Positions 31,561 through 40,528 of a stretch of 64,000 bases of DNA are shown here, piece after piece; positions within the stretch are counted from its first letter, which is position 1, and every line of letters starts with the position of its first letter. The stretch is from an uncultured Acidimicrobiia bacterium. GTDB taxonomy: Bacteria > Actinomycetota > Acidimicrobiia > Spongiisociales > UBA5794. Location of the stretch: the NCBI GenBank assembly GCA_963714055.1, contig OY970227.1, positions 20,829-84,828 of the forward strand, read 5' to 3'. The notes under the pieces are model-generated. The model saw only the letters and a program-made list of their open reading frames with translations, searched no databases and was not told where the DNA came from. Made by a program: the position numbers and the translations under genes.

Positions 31561-32392
31561 TCACGTGGAGGCGGTTTCCTGCCGGTTGGACGCGTGGCGC
31601 AGTGCCCAATCGAGGGCGTAGTCGGCGATCTCCTCCCACCCCTCCTGGGATGGCATGAGATGTGACTTGCCCTCGTACTCCTTCACCTCGGTGACCGTGT
31701 TCGACTTGTAGTGCTTGGCGTTGGACCGCTGCACGCTCGGGGGCATCAGGTGATCCTCCCCGCCCGAGATGAAGAGCAGCGGGGCCCGGTCGTCGTTGTG
31801 GTAGTCGACCCAAGTGTCCTGATGGCCGGGGAGCAGGTTCGCCAGAGAAGCGCCCCACAGGATCCGGGCCGAGGCCGGCACGTGGTAGCGCTCGTAGAGG
31901 CGTCGCGACTCGTCCTCGGGGAAGGTGTTGGTGAAGGCATACCGCCACTGGTCATGGGTGAAGCCGATGGCCCTGGTGGCCGTGGGCCGGGTTCTTCAGC
32001 ACCGGGAACGTGGACTTGATCTGGGAGAACGGGACGACGGGCACCCCCTCGGTCGGTGCGGAGTTGATCGCCACGCCAACGGCGCCGAAGCCGTGGTCGA
32101 GGAGGATCTGGGTGAAGGCACCGCCTGCCGAGTGACCCATGATGATCGGTGGCGATGGGAGGGCGCCGACGACGCTCTCGAGGTGGCTGATGATGTCGGG
32201 TACACGCAGCTCCTCGATCGGCGAAGGGTCGGCGTTCAACGCCTCGACCTCGACCTCGAAGCCGGGGTAGCCCGGGGTGACCACCTTGAAACCGGCCGCC
32301 TCGTAGCGAGCCTTCCAGTCCTCCCAACTCCGCGGGGTGACCCAGAACCCGTGGATGAGGACGATGGTGTCGGGCGTGGTCGAGTCGGGCAT
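31561..32392 (-). pseudogene. Alpha/beta-fold hydrolase, one frameshift as assembled
   Basis: ATG 32392 after GGAAGGA (MPDSTTPDTIVLIHGFW...). Nucleophile elbow GHSAGG. The frame changes at about 31980-31987 (a C/G run): KNPA|TATRAIGFTHDQWRYAF... continues into ORF 31561..31881. Confidence 0.8.
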
Positions 32393-32501
32393 TGGGGGGT
32401 CCTTCCGTGCCGGTCGTCCCGGAACGGACGACCTCGTCGCTTGCCTCATGCAAGCTACAAGGATCCCTTTCGTCAAGCAAGGGATCCTCTAGGCTCCGGA
32501 A

Positions 32502-33014
32502 ATGCTCCGTACCGACTTCGGCGGAATGCACTGCTCGATCGCCCGATCCGCCACTGTGGTCGGGGAGCCCTGGACCTCCCTGATCTTGCGTGACCTCCTC
32601 CTGGGTTTCACCCGGTTCGAGCAGATCCGCGCCGATCTCGGTATCTCGACGAACGTGTTGTCCGACCGGTTGCGGACACTCGTCGACCACGAGGTCGTTG
32701 AGCGCAAGCCCTACGGAGGCCATCCCGACCGATTCGAGTACTCGCTGACGCCGAAGGGTCTGGACGCCATCTCGATCGTCCTCGCTCTCCTGGCGTGGGG
32801 TGACCGCTGGGAGGCGGACCCGGCGGGAGAGCCCACGCAGGTGGTCCACGAGCGATGCGGCAGGCCCACCCACGCCGTCGCGCACTGCTCGGAATGCGGT
32901 GAGGCGCTTCATCTCGACGAGCTCACCTATCACCAGGGCCCGGGAAGCGCCAAGGGGCCAGGCACCCACCTGCTGCGTGAGCACCTCGGCCCGCCACTGC
33001 AAGAGGCGCCTTGA
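32502..33014 (+). CDS. HxlR-family transcriptional regulator with C-terminal extension
   Basis: CSIARSATVVGEPWTSLILRDLLLGFTRFEQIRADLGISTNVLSDRLRTLVDHEVVERKPY. It is divergent from the hydrolase gene. Confidence 0.85.
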   Translation: MLRTDFGGMHCSIARSATVVGEPWTSLILRDLLLGFTRFEQIRADLGISTNVLSDRLRTLVDHEVVERKPYGGHPDRFEYSLTPKGLDAISIVLALLAWGDRWEADPAGEPTQVVHERCGRPTHAVAHCSECGEALHLDELTYHQGPGSAKGPGTHLLREHLGPPLQEAP

Positions 33015-33025
33015 CCCGGACGTAG

Positions 33026-33640
33026 TCAGAAGTCGATACGCATCACGACCCGTCGCTTGGTGGGATGGCTGACCTCGGTGAACCCGGCCGCCTCGAAGAT
33101 GCTGCGGGTGCCGACGAGCAGTTCTCCCCACATGACCTGCTGCCCGGGAGCGACGATCATCGGGTAGCCCTCGATGGCGCGGGCGCCACGCCGCCGGGCG
33201 AAGTCGACCGCGGCGCGGGCGAGTGCGTAGCTGACACCCTGGCCGCGATAGCCGGCTCGGGTGACGAAGCAGGTCACCGCCCAGACGCTGTCGTCGGTCT
33301 TGTCCTCGTCCCGGCCGTCCCAGGGTACGCGGTAGACCCTGAGTAGGCCCGTGTAGGAGGTGCGAGGCTCGACGGCACACCAGCCGACAGGCTCGCCGTC
33401 GACGTAGGCGACGAGGCCGCTCGTCGTGCCAGACCCCGTGTGCCCGCAGTCGGTCTGCTGGCGCAGCCGCATTGCCCGCTCCTGGCGGGGGAACGAGCGG
33501 AATGCCTCGCCAGGCTGCAGCTTGAAGCGCTGGCACTGGCACGTCGCCGCATCCCCACGCTCGCCGAACACGGCCTGCAGGTCGTCGCAGGACGCCTCGT
33601 TGGCCGGTCTGCAGACGACATCGAGGAGCTCATTCGCCAC
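33026..33640 (-). CDS. GNAT-family N-acetyltransferase
   Basis: 204-aa ORF with acetyl-CoA motif region VTRAGYRGQGVSYALARAAVDFARRRGARAIEGYP. Confidence 0.85.
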   Translation of the reverse strand: MANELLDVVCRPANEASCDDLQAVFGERGDAATCQCQRFKLQPGEAFRSFPRQERAMRLRQQTDCGHTGSGTTSGLVAYVDGEPVGWCAVEPRTSYTGLLRVYRVPWDGRDEDKTDDSVWAVTCFVTRAGYRGQGVSYALARAAVDFARRRGARAIEGYPMIVAPGQQVMWGELLVGTRSIFEAAGFTEVSHPTKRRVVMRIDF

Positions 33641-34550
33641 GGCCGGCCCACTTCAACACCCGCAGGGCGTGCAGCGTGTTCCACCGACTGGGCTCACCGG
33701 GGGTCTCCATGGGGAAGGGCAGCCCGTCGGGATGCGGGTTCTGCAACGGCCAGCGGCCGTCCTCGCCCCGGTTCTTCTCCACCACGTCGATGGCTTCAGC
33801 CATCCGATCGTCGGGCTCGACGCCGGCGCTCCTCAGGTAGTCGAGGCCACGGAGCACGTCGTAGTGCCACCCGGGTGGGTATGAGAACAAGGTCCAGTCC
33901 GGCTCGATCACCTCACCGGTCGACAGTCGTCGGAGCAGGCGTCGCTCGAGGAGGTACTCATGTGCCGTGCGACGGGCGGCGCTCACATCGCCCGAGCCGC
34001 CGGTGGAGCGTTCATGCTGGAGCAGACCTTCGAGGACGTCGATCGTGGTGTGAAACGAGGAACGGACCGAGCCCCGCTCCGCCTCGCAGTTCCAGCCCCC
34101 GTCGTCGAGCTGCTCGCCGAGCAGGCGGTCGACGACTCCCTGGACGTCCTGGCCGAAGTAGGCGCCGGCGGCGACCACCTTCCCGTTGATGCACGGCTCG
34201 ACCTCACCGGTGAAGAACGGCTGGTTGCCCTCGTAGAAGCGGACGTTGTCCCGCACCAGGCGCACTGCTCTTCTCGCTTGCTCGCTGCCCGGGTCCACAC
34301 CGAGGTCACGCAACTGCGCCAGCCCGTACATGGCGGAACCATCGACGGTCTCGACGAACATCTTGGGTTCCTCGATATCGCTCCATCCTCCGTCCGGCCT
34401 CTGGAGGTCGAGCAACTGGGCGCCCCAACCCTCGGTGGCGACCCTCGCCCGCTCGGCGGCGATGACGTCGTCGGGCGCATGCGTCAGATCACGCATCACC
34501 TGCCAGCGGATCGAGGGATCCGAGTCGAGCAGCCAGTCCGTCACGTACAT
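33630..34550 (-). CDS. Prenyltransferase/squalene-oxidase-repeat (alpha-alpha toroid) protein
   Basis: ATG 34550 after AGGAG (MYVTDWLLDSDPSIRWQVMRDL). Repeated DGGW-type motifs (QRPDGGWS, LDDGGWNCE, GEDGRWPL). Overlaps the GNAT start by 11 nt. Confidence 0.7.
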   Translation of the reverse strand: MYVTDWLLDSDPSIRWQVMRDLTHAPDDVIAAERARVATEGWGAQLLDLQRPDGGWSDIEEPKMFVETVDGSAMYGLAQLRDLGVDPGSEQARRAVRLVRDNVRFYEGNQPFFTGEVEPCINGKVVAAGAYFGQDVQGVVDRLLGEQLDDGGWNCEAERGSVRSSFHTTIDVLEGLLQHERSTGGSGDVSAARRTAHEYLLERRLLRRLSTGEVIEPDWTLFSYPPGWHYDVLRGLDYLRSAGVEPDDRMAEAIDVVEKNRGEDGRWPLQNPHPDGLPFPMETPGEPSRWNTLHALRVLKWAGRGE

Positions 34551-34669
34551 CGATTCACTCCTGGGTTGCGGACACCGTACGGTGCCGCAGATTGCGGACA
34601 CATCATGTCCTCGATCGCCGCGTTCGGGTCGAGTCGACCGGCCCACCGTAGAGGGGATCGCCGACCTCG

Positions 34670-35650
34670 ATGTTCGAGTCGGTCCGGCGAGGTGCGACAC
34701 TCCAGGTCATGGATGACAACGTCGCGGTGCACGCACTCGCCGACAAGGGCGTGTTCCTGGGCACGTGTTCGTGGACCGACAAGACGCTGATCGACGCGGG
34801 CACCTTCTACCCGGAGAAGGGCATGTCGGCGGAGGAACGGCTCGGGTTCTACGCCGAGCGGTTCCCGATCGTCGAGGTCGACGCCACCTACTACGCACCA
34901 CCTTCCGAGCGGGTGGCCGGGTTGTGGGTGGACCGCACTCCGGACGACTTCGCCTTCGACATCAAGGCGTTCCGGTTGTTGACCCATCACCCGACCCCAC
35001 CGAGCGCGCTGTGGAAGGACTTCCGTGAGGCGCTCCCGGAGGAACTGGCCGCCAAGAACAACGTTTACCTGCGGGACCTTCCCCGGGAGGTCCAGGCGGA
35101 TGCATTCTCCCGGTTCGGGGAGGCGCTGCTGCCGCTGCACTCGGCCGGGAAGCTGGGCTCGGTGCTGATGCAGCTCCCCCCGTACGCCTACCCGACGACG
35201 GCCAACTTCGGGTACCTCAAGTGGGCGGCTGCCCAGTTGCCGGAGTACCGGTTGGCGGTCGAGTTCCGCAACGGCCGATGGTTGGACGAGGAGCACCGCG
35301 ACGAGACGATCTCGTTCCTGGATCGGCACGATCTCACCTACGTGGCCGTCGACGAGCCGCAGGGTTTCGCCTCGTCGGTGCCTCCAGTGGCGGCGGTGAC
35401 CTCGGATGTCGCCGAGGTGCGGTTCCATGGCCGCAACGCCGACAATTGGGAGAAGAAGGGCATCACCGCCGCCGAGCGGTTCCGGTACGACTACGACCGC
35501 CCGGAGTTGGAGGAATGGGTGGCCAGTGTCCGCGAGATGCTCGCCTCGGCGAACCGGGTCAACCTGCTGATGAACAACTGCTACGCCGACTACGGCATCC
35601 GCTCCGCCCGCACCATGGCCGAGGTGCTCGTCGACGCCGGCCTCGCCTGA
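34670..35650 (+). CDS. DUF72 (YecE-like) protein
   Basis: FLGTCSWTDKTLIDAGTFYPEKGMSAEERLGFYAERFPIVEVDATYY is typical of DUF72. The start is either ATG 34670 or ATG 34709. Confidence 0.85.
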   Translation: MFESVRRGATLQVMDDNVAVHALADKGVFLGTCSWTDKTLIDAGTFYPEKGMSAEERLGFYAERFPIVEVDATYYAPPSERVAGLWVDRTPDDFAFDIKAFRLLTHHPTPPSALWKDFREALPEELAAKNNVYLRDLPREVQADAFSRFGEALLPLHSAGKLGSVLMQLPPYAYPTTANFGYLKWAAAQLPEYRLAVEFRNGRWLDEEHRDETISFLDRHDLTYVAVDEPQGFASSVPPVAAVTSDVAEVRFHGRNADNWEKKGITAAERFRYDYDRPELEEWVASVREMLASANRVNLLMNNCYADYGIRSARTMAEVLVDAGLA

Positions 35651-35663
35651 GGTCTCGTCGACT

Positions 35664-36461
35664 TCACTTGCGGGCGATGAACACCACCACGGTGTCGTCG
35701 GCGGTTGCCGGGTTGCCGGTGTAGCGGGCCTGGGTGGCGACCTCGACGAAACCGGCCGCCTCCAGCATTTGCAGGACCTCGTGGTAGAAGTACAGGTTTG
35801 CCTGGAGTTGGTGCTCCTCCTCGTCGACGGCGACCCCGTCCTGCCACAACGTGACCCGGATCTGTGCGGTGGCGCGCTGATCCATCGGGTCGAGGTCGAC
35901 CAGCCGGCTGTTCAGCTCGAGCTCGTCGCCGTTCCGCGCCGGCGAGCGGTGCCCGGCCTCCCGCCACGGCTGCGGAAGCCGCTTTCTCTCTTCCGGCAGC
36001 CAGAAGGGCCACCCACTCACATCCTCGTACGGCAGGTCGTGGCTGAACACGAGGGCGCCGCCCGGGGCGAGGTGGCGGTGGCAACGGCGCAGCGCCTCCA
36101 CATCGTGGGCACGGTGCCCGCCGAGGCCGAACGAGTCGCAGATGTAGATGGTCCGGTATGTGACGGGCAGGTCGAGCTGATGGAACGCCTGCTCGAAGAG
36201 TCGGACGGTGAGCCCTTCCTCGTCGGCCTGTTCCCGGCAGTGGGCCAGCATGTCTGCGGAGATGTCGCAGCCATGGACCTCCAGCCCCTCGCGCACCAGC
36301 GGCAACAGCAGCCGCCCGGTGCCGCACCCGAGATCGAGGGCCGGCTGCCCGTCTCCCTCGACCCACGATCGGTAGAAGGCCAGTTCCTCCGGCTCGGCCG
36401 GGTTGCACTCCGCCCACCACCGCGCCACCAGTCCGTAGTGCCAGGTTTCCGGGCTAGCCAT
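35664..36461 (-). CDS. Class I SAM-dependent methyltransferase
   Basis: ATG 36461 (MASPETWHYG...). Motif I is ALDLGCGTGRLLLPLVREG. Confidence 0.85.
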   Translation of the reverse strand: MASPETWHYGLVARWWAECNPAEPEELAFYRSWVEGDGQPALDLGCGTGRLLLPLVREGLEVHGCDISADMLAHCREQADEEGLTVRLFEQAFHQLDLPVTYRTIYICDSFGLGGHRAHDVEALRRCHRHLAPGGALVFSHDLPYEDVSGWPFWLPEERKRLPQPWREAGHRSPARNGDELELNSRLVDLDPMDQRATAQIRVTLWQDGVAVDEEEHQLQANLYFYHEVLQMLEAAGFVEVATQARYTGNPATADDTVVVFIARK

Positions 36462-36568
36462 GCCGGGAAACGTAGCGGCGGCAGTGGGGCCCTGCCATGG
36501 CTGAGAGTGGGGTGTCTCGCGTCGCCCACGTTGCCGGTGGCCGCGATGGCCGTGCACAGCGATCGGGG

Positions 36569-36946
36569 CTAGTACGGCGCCTTGATGTCCGGCAGCATCG
36601 GGAAGTGCCGAGTGTTCGTCGTCAGCAGATCGGCCTCGAGCAAGAGAGCGGTGCCGGCAATGAGGTAGTCGGCATCGTCGATCCCGCTGTGCGCCGCGCG
36701 ATGTCGGCGGGCAAGCGCTCCGGCGACTCGGATGACCGCCTCATCGACCGGGATCCAGGCCAGTGCCGAGAAGAACTCCTCGAGCTGCTCGAGTTCGTTG
36801 GGGCGGACGCCGGCGAGCAATTCGAACCTGACGACTTCAGAGGCGGCGAGCGTCTCGTCGGTTGCCAGAGCACCGCGCAACAGGCGTACGGCAGGCTCGT
36901 GTCCTCGCAGGTGGTCGACGGCGACCGAAGTATCGATCAGCTTCAT
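36569..36946 (-). CDS. vapC: PIN-domain ribonuclease toxin, type II TA system
   Basis: 125-aa [15 protein letters not shown]... with the acidic PIN residues (D5, E42-region, D93-region, TTN..F C-terminus). ATGA overlap with the upstream antitoxin gene. Confidence 0.9.
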   Translation of the reverse strand: MKLIDTSVAVDHLRGHEPAVRLLRGALATDETLAASEVVRFELLAGVRPNELEQLEEFFSALAWIPVDEAVIRVAGALARRHRAAHSGIDDADYLIAGTALLLEADLLTTNTRHFPMLPDIKAPY

Positions 36947-37203
36947 GCGAGCCCGAGGCGTCGCAACCGGTCATCGAGGTCACCGCGGATGGAGTCGACA
37001 TGGTCGGCACCCGTGAAGCCGCGATCCGTCCAGGATCCAGCGCTCGCCTCGAGCGCACGCAGTCTGTCCGCCTTGGACTTCTCCCCGTACATCCTGTGTA
37101 CCGCTCTCCGAACGAGCTCGGAACGGGAGGCGCCGGTTTCCTTGGCGGCGCGGTCGAGGAGTTCGAGCTCTTCGTCGCCGAGATAGATCTGGGTGCGGGC
37201 CAT
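36943..37203 (-). CDS. vapB: Ribbon-helix-helix (CopG-like) antitoxin
   Basis: ATG 37203. [35 protein letters not shown] is an RHH fold signature. Its stop overlaps the vapC start. Confidence 0.85.
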   Translation of the reverse strand: MARTQIYLGDEELELLDRAAKETGASRSELVRRAVHRMYGEKSKADRLRALEASAGSWTDRGFTGADHVDSIRGDLDDRLRRLGLA

Positions 37204-37286
37204 GGTGTCACTGTACACCACCTAACACCATACGCCCCGTTCACCACCCTGGCGATCTTTCGGGTGGCAGCGGGTAGGTTGCGGGG

Positions 37287-38000
37287 ATGACGATCGACGA
37301 GCTCTACGGCGTACCGCTCGAGGACTTCGTGGCGGCACGAGACGAGCTCGCCAAAGAGCTCATCGCCACCGGTGACATGGACGAGGCGAAGCGGGTCAAA
37401 TCGCTGCGCAAGCCCACAGTTGCTGCGTGGACCCTCAACCGGCTTGCCCGAGAGCGCCCTGAGCTGATGGCGGCGCTGGTCGATGCTCACGCCAGGCTGA
37501 GGTCCGCCGACTCGGCGAGCGAAATGCGGGCAGCTTCCGACGCTCGCATGGCCTCCATCCAACAGATCGTCGCCGCTCCCGAGGACGCCACGGAGGCGAT
37601 ACGCAAGAAGATGCGGAGCACTCTGCTGGCCACCGCCACCGACCCGGCGGCCGAGGAAGCACTGATCGCCGGTCGACTCCAGTCCGAGCTCGAGCCCGGT
37701 GGTCTCGGGGGCTTCGACATGGGAAGCGGGTTCACCACCACCACCCCGGCTCCGGCAAGGAAGTCGAAGTCCAAGACAAGCGACCGGAAGAACGCCGACA
37801 AGGCGGACAGCCCGAAGACGATCAAGGCCCGGCAACGCGTCGAGCGAATGCAGCAGGAGGCGGATGAGGCCGCAGCCGAGGCGACGACCTTGCGCGCCGA
37901 AGCCGATCGCGCCGAGCGACTGGCGGCGTCGGCCGAAGAGCGGGCCGCCAAGAAGCAGGCCGTCGCCGAGAAGGCACGCCAGCAGCTCGAGGCGGACTAG
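37287..38000 (+). CDS. Conserved hypothetical protein with Lys/Ala/Glu-rich coiled-coil C-terminus
   Basis: 237-aa ORF MTIDELYGVPLEDFVAARDELAKEL...SLRKPTVAAWTLNRL... I recall this N-terminal pattern from uncharacterised actinobacterial proteins. The C-terminal 70 aa are predicted coiled coil. Confidence 0.65.
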   Translation: MTIDELYGVPLEDFVAARDELAKELIATGDMDEAKRVKSLRKPTVAAWTLNRLARERPELMAALVDAHARLRSADSASEMRAASDARMASIQQIVAAPEDATEAIRKKMRSTLLATATDPAAEEALIAGRLQSELEPGGLGGFDMGSGFTTTTPAPARKSKSKTSDRKNADKADSPKTIKARQRVERMQQEADEAAAEATTLRAEADRAERLAASAEERAAKKQAVAEKARQQLEAD

Positions 38001-38124
38001 GCGGGTCGGTTGCTCCAAGAAGCGGCATTGACACCAACTCGACCGTGAGAGCCCCCTCCTGCGGGCGAGGCCACGCTTTGATAGCCTCGTTCCAATTCGA
38101 GTTCATGCTTGCTAGGAGTCGCCC

Positions 38125-38584
38125 GTGACGGTTGACGCCGGACCAGCCTCGAAGGAGCTGGACGCCTTCATCGAGCACTATCAGCGCAACCGGGACCGGT
38201 GGGCCTGGGGGTACTACGCGGCGAGGGGAAGCGTCATCTTCCTCGGCGCGTCGATCCCGGTGATGACCACGCTCGACTCGTTGCCGAAGACGGCCATAGC
38301 AATCGCCGGAGGATTGATCGTCGTCATCGAGGGAGTGTCGCGGCTATCGCGCGTTCCACGATCGGTACATCGCGGCCAGGGTCTTGTACAAGAGCCTCAT
38401 CAAGGAACGAGTGCTCTTCCAAGCTTCGGCGCCCCCGTACACGGCGACGAGAGACGCGCGTGAACGCGCTTTGGCAGACCGCTTGGTGCGGTTACTGGAC
38501 ATGTACGACATCCAGTACTACGACCTCCTCACCAAGCCCGACACTTCGGACGAGCCGGCACCGAAGAACGCCGAAAAGCCCTGA
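38125..38584 (+). pseudogene. DUF4231/SLATT-like two-TM protein, one frameshift as assembled
   Basis: GTG 38125, 6 nt after AGGAG. Two TM helices (GSVIFLGASIPVMTTL, TAIAIAGGLIVVIEGV), then FHDRYIAARVLYKSLIKERVLFQASAPPY in the +1 frame (ORF 38384..38584). The junction is at about 38350-38353. Confidence 0.65.
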
Positions 38585-38661
38585 AACGCGGCTCACAGCC
38601 CGATCGTTCAAATCGGCTCGGCGTCGACCAGCAACCGGACTATCGCCGCGTCGTCCCGGTG

Positions 38662-40528
38662 TCACCGAGCCGGGTCATGGGTGCCTTCCCCTGAAACTGG
38701 GTCGGCCCAGAGCCGTTCGCGCAATCCGGAGGCCCTCTGGACCGAGCGGGTGACGGCAGCCCGGACGGTCGCCTCGTCGGCGACCAGCCAGACCCTGTCG
38801 GAGGCGCGAGTCGCCGCGGTGTACAACAGCTGCCGGGTCACGAAGGGGGACGGCTCACCGGGGAGGACGACCACCACCGAGTCGAACTGCGAACCCTGGC
38901 TCTTGTGGATGGTCATGGCGTGGACCGTGGTGTGCTCACCGAGGTGGCTCAACGGGAAGACGCGGAGACCGCCGCGGTCGAACACGGCGCGAAGCCCGTC
39001 GGGGGTTTCGACGCAGACGCCGATGTCGCCGTTGTACAGATCGAGGGTGCGGTCGTTGCGGGTGATCATCACCGGACGTCCCGGGTACCACTCGCCCTTG
39101 TAGCGGAGGCCGGGGAACCGCTCGTCGAGGGTGGTCTCCACATCCTGGCGCCAACGGGAGACGCCGCCCCGACCCTCCCGGCGAGCGCACAGCACCGCCA
39201 GCTCGGGGAGCGCCGCCAGTGTCGCCGCGGCGTCGCCCGACGCCGCCAGCTCGACCAGGCGGGTGCGGTGCTCGACCAGGTCGTCCCACAGCGGGCCGAA
39301 CGCCGGGTGGGTGCGGTCCTCGACCCAGCGCAACTCGTCGTGACCGCCCGCCAGCTGCTCGACGGCGGTGTCGGCGTCACCGCGGCGGACGGCGTCAGTG
39401 AAGTCGGCGATGACGCCTTCCTCTCCGAAGCGGTGCACCCGGTCGAGCACCACGACGTGCCCGGCGATCGGTGGTGCCGTCGGCGTCGCCGAGTCGGGCT
39501 CCACCGCCGGCCCGACGATGTCGGCGAGCACCGTCCCCGCCTCGATCGACTCCAGCTGGAACGGGTCCCCGACCAGCACCACCGAGGCGTCGTCACGCAC
39601 CGCCGGCAGGAGCTTGGCCGCCAGCGGCAGGGACACCATCGACATCTCGTCGACGATCACCAGGTCGTGGGGCAACCGCTGCCGAGCGTCATGGGCGAAG
39701 CGGCCCCGCTCCCGGCTCCAACCGAGCAGCCGGTGGATGGTGCTCGGGTCGACCGCCAGCAACCGCTTGCCCACCAGCGGGTCGTCGACACGAGCCGCCA
39801 GCGCAGCCAGGCCCTCACCGACCCGGGCGGCCGCCTTCCCCGTCGGGGCGCACACGGCGACCAGCGGGAACGGCGTCGACGCGTCGGCGGCGAGCGTCGC
39901 CAGCAGGGCGCCGATGGTGAACGTCTTGCCGGTGCCCGGGCCGCCGGCGATCACCGTCACGTCGCCGGTGGTGGCCCGTACCACCGCCTGGCGTTGCCGG
40001 ACCGCATCGGGGCCGAGCAGCCGATCGAGCATCGTCGGTGCCGCCGGTGCCAGCTGCCTGGTCGGGCGTCGCAACCGTTCGGTGAGCAACCCGGCGATCT
40101 GCTCCTCGTAACGGAGATAGCGTTCCAGGTAGAGACGACCGTCGACCAGTGCCAGCGGCTCGTCGCCGGCGCCATCACCGACCAGCACGCTGCCGGCAAT
40201 TGCGGTCGACCATTCCTCGGGGTCCGGCCACGGCAGGGAATCGACGACTTCGGGTTCCTGCCCGTCGACCACGACTGCTTCCCGCAGTGTGGCCACATCT
40301 GATGCAGACGTGGCCGAACCGCGTGCCCCGGATCGTCAGCGCTGCTGCCAGAACCGCCTGCTGGTCGGTCTCGCCGAGGAGGCGGGCGATGGTCTGCGCC
40401 GCCAGGATGTCGATAGGGGCGAGGACCCCGGCGTCGTTGAAGGCGGCGAGCAGCCCGTCGGTGGCCACCACGGCGGAACGCGACTCGGTGGCGGCGAGGA
40501 GGCGGTCGGTGACCGGGGCGGCGTTCAC
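38662..40528 (-). pseudogene. recD: Exodeoxyribonuclease V alpha subunit RecD, one frameshift as assembled
   Basis: GTG 40528 overlaps the recB stop (GTGA). The N-terminal approximately 76 aa (NAAPVTDRLL...RFGHVCI) are in one frame and the remaining 544 aa in the frame of ORF 38662..40296. Walker A GGPGTGKT and DEMSMV. The junction is at about 40297-40303. Confidence 0.9.

Noticed and set aside
31746-33542. 598-aa minus-strand ORF spanning the hydrolase, HxlR and GNAT loci
   Set aside because: It crosses three independently supported genes on both strands and translates to Arg/Pro-rich noise.
38027-38110. TTGACA (38027) and TTGATA (38077) as -35 boxes for the SLATT-like gene
   Set aside because: No TANNNT-type -10 hexamer lies at 16-18 nt spacing from either, so no promoter is called.
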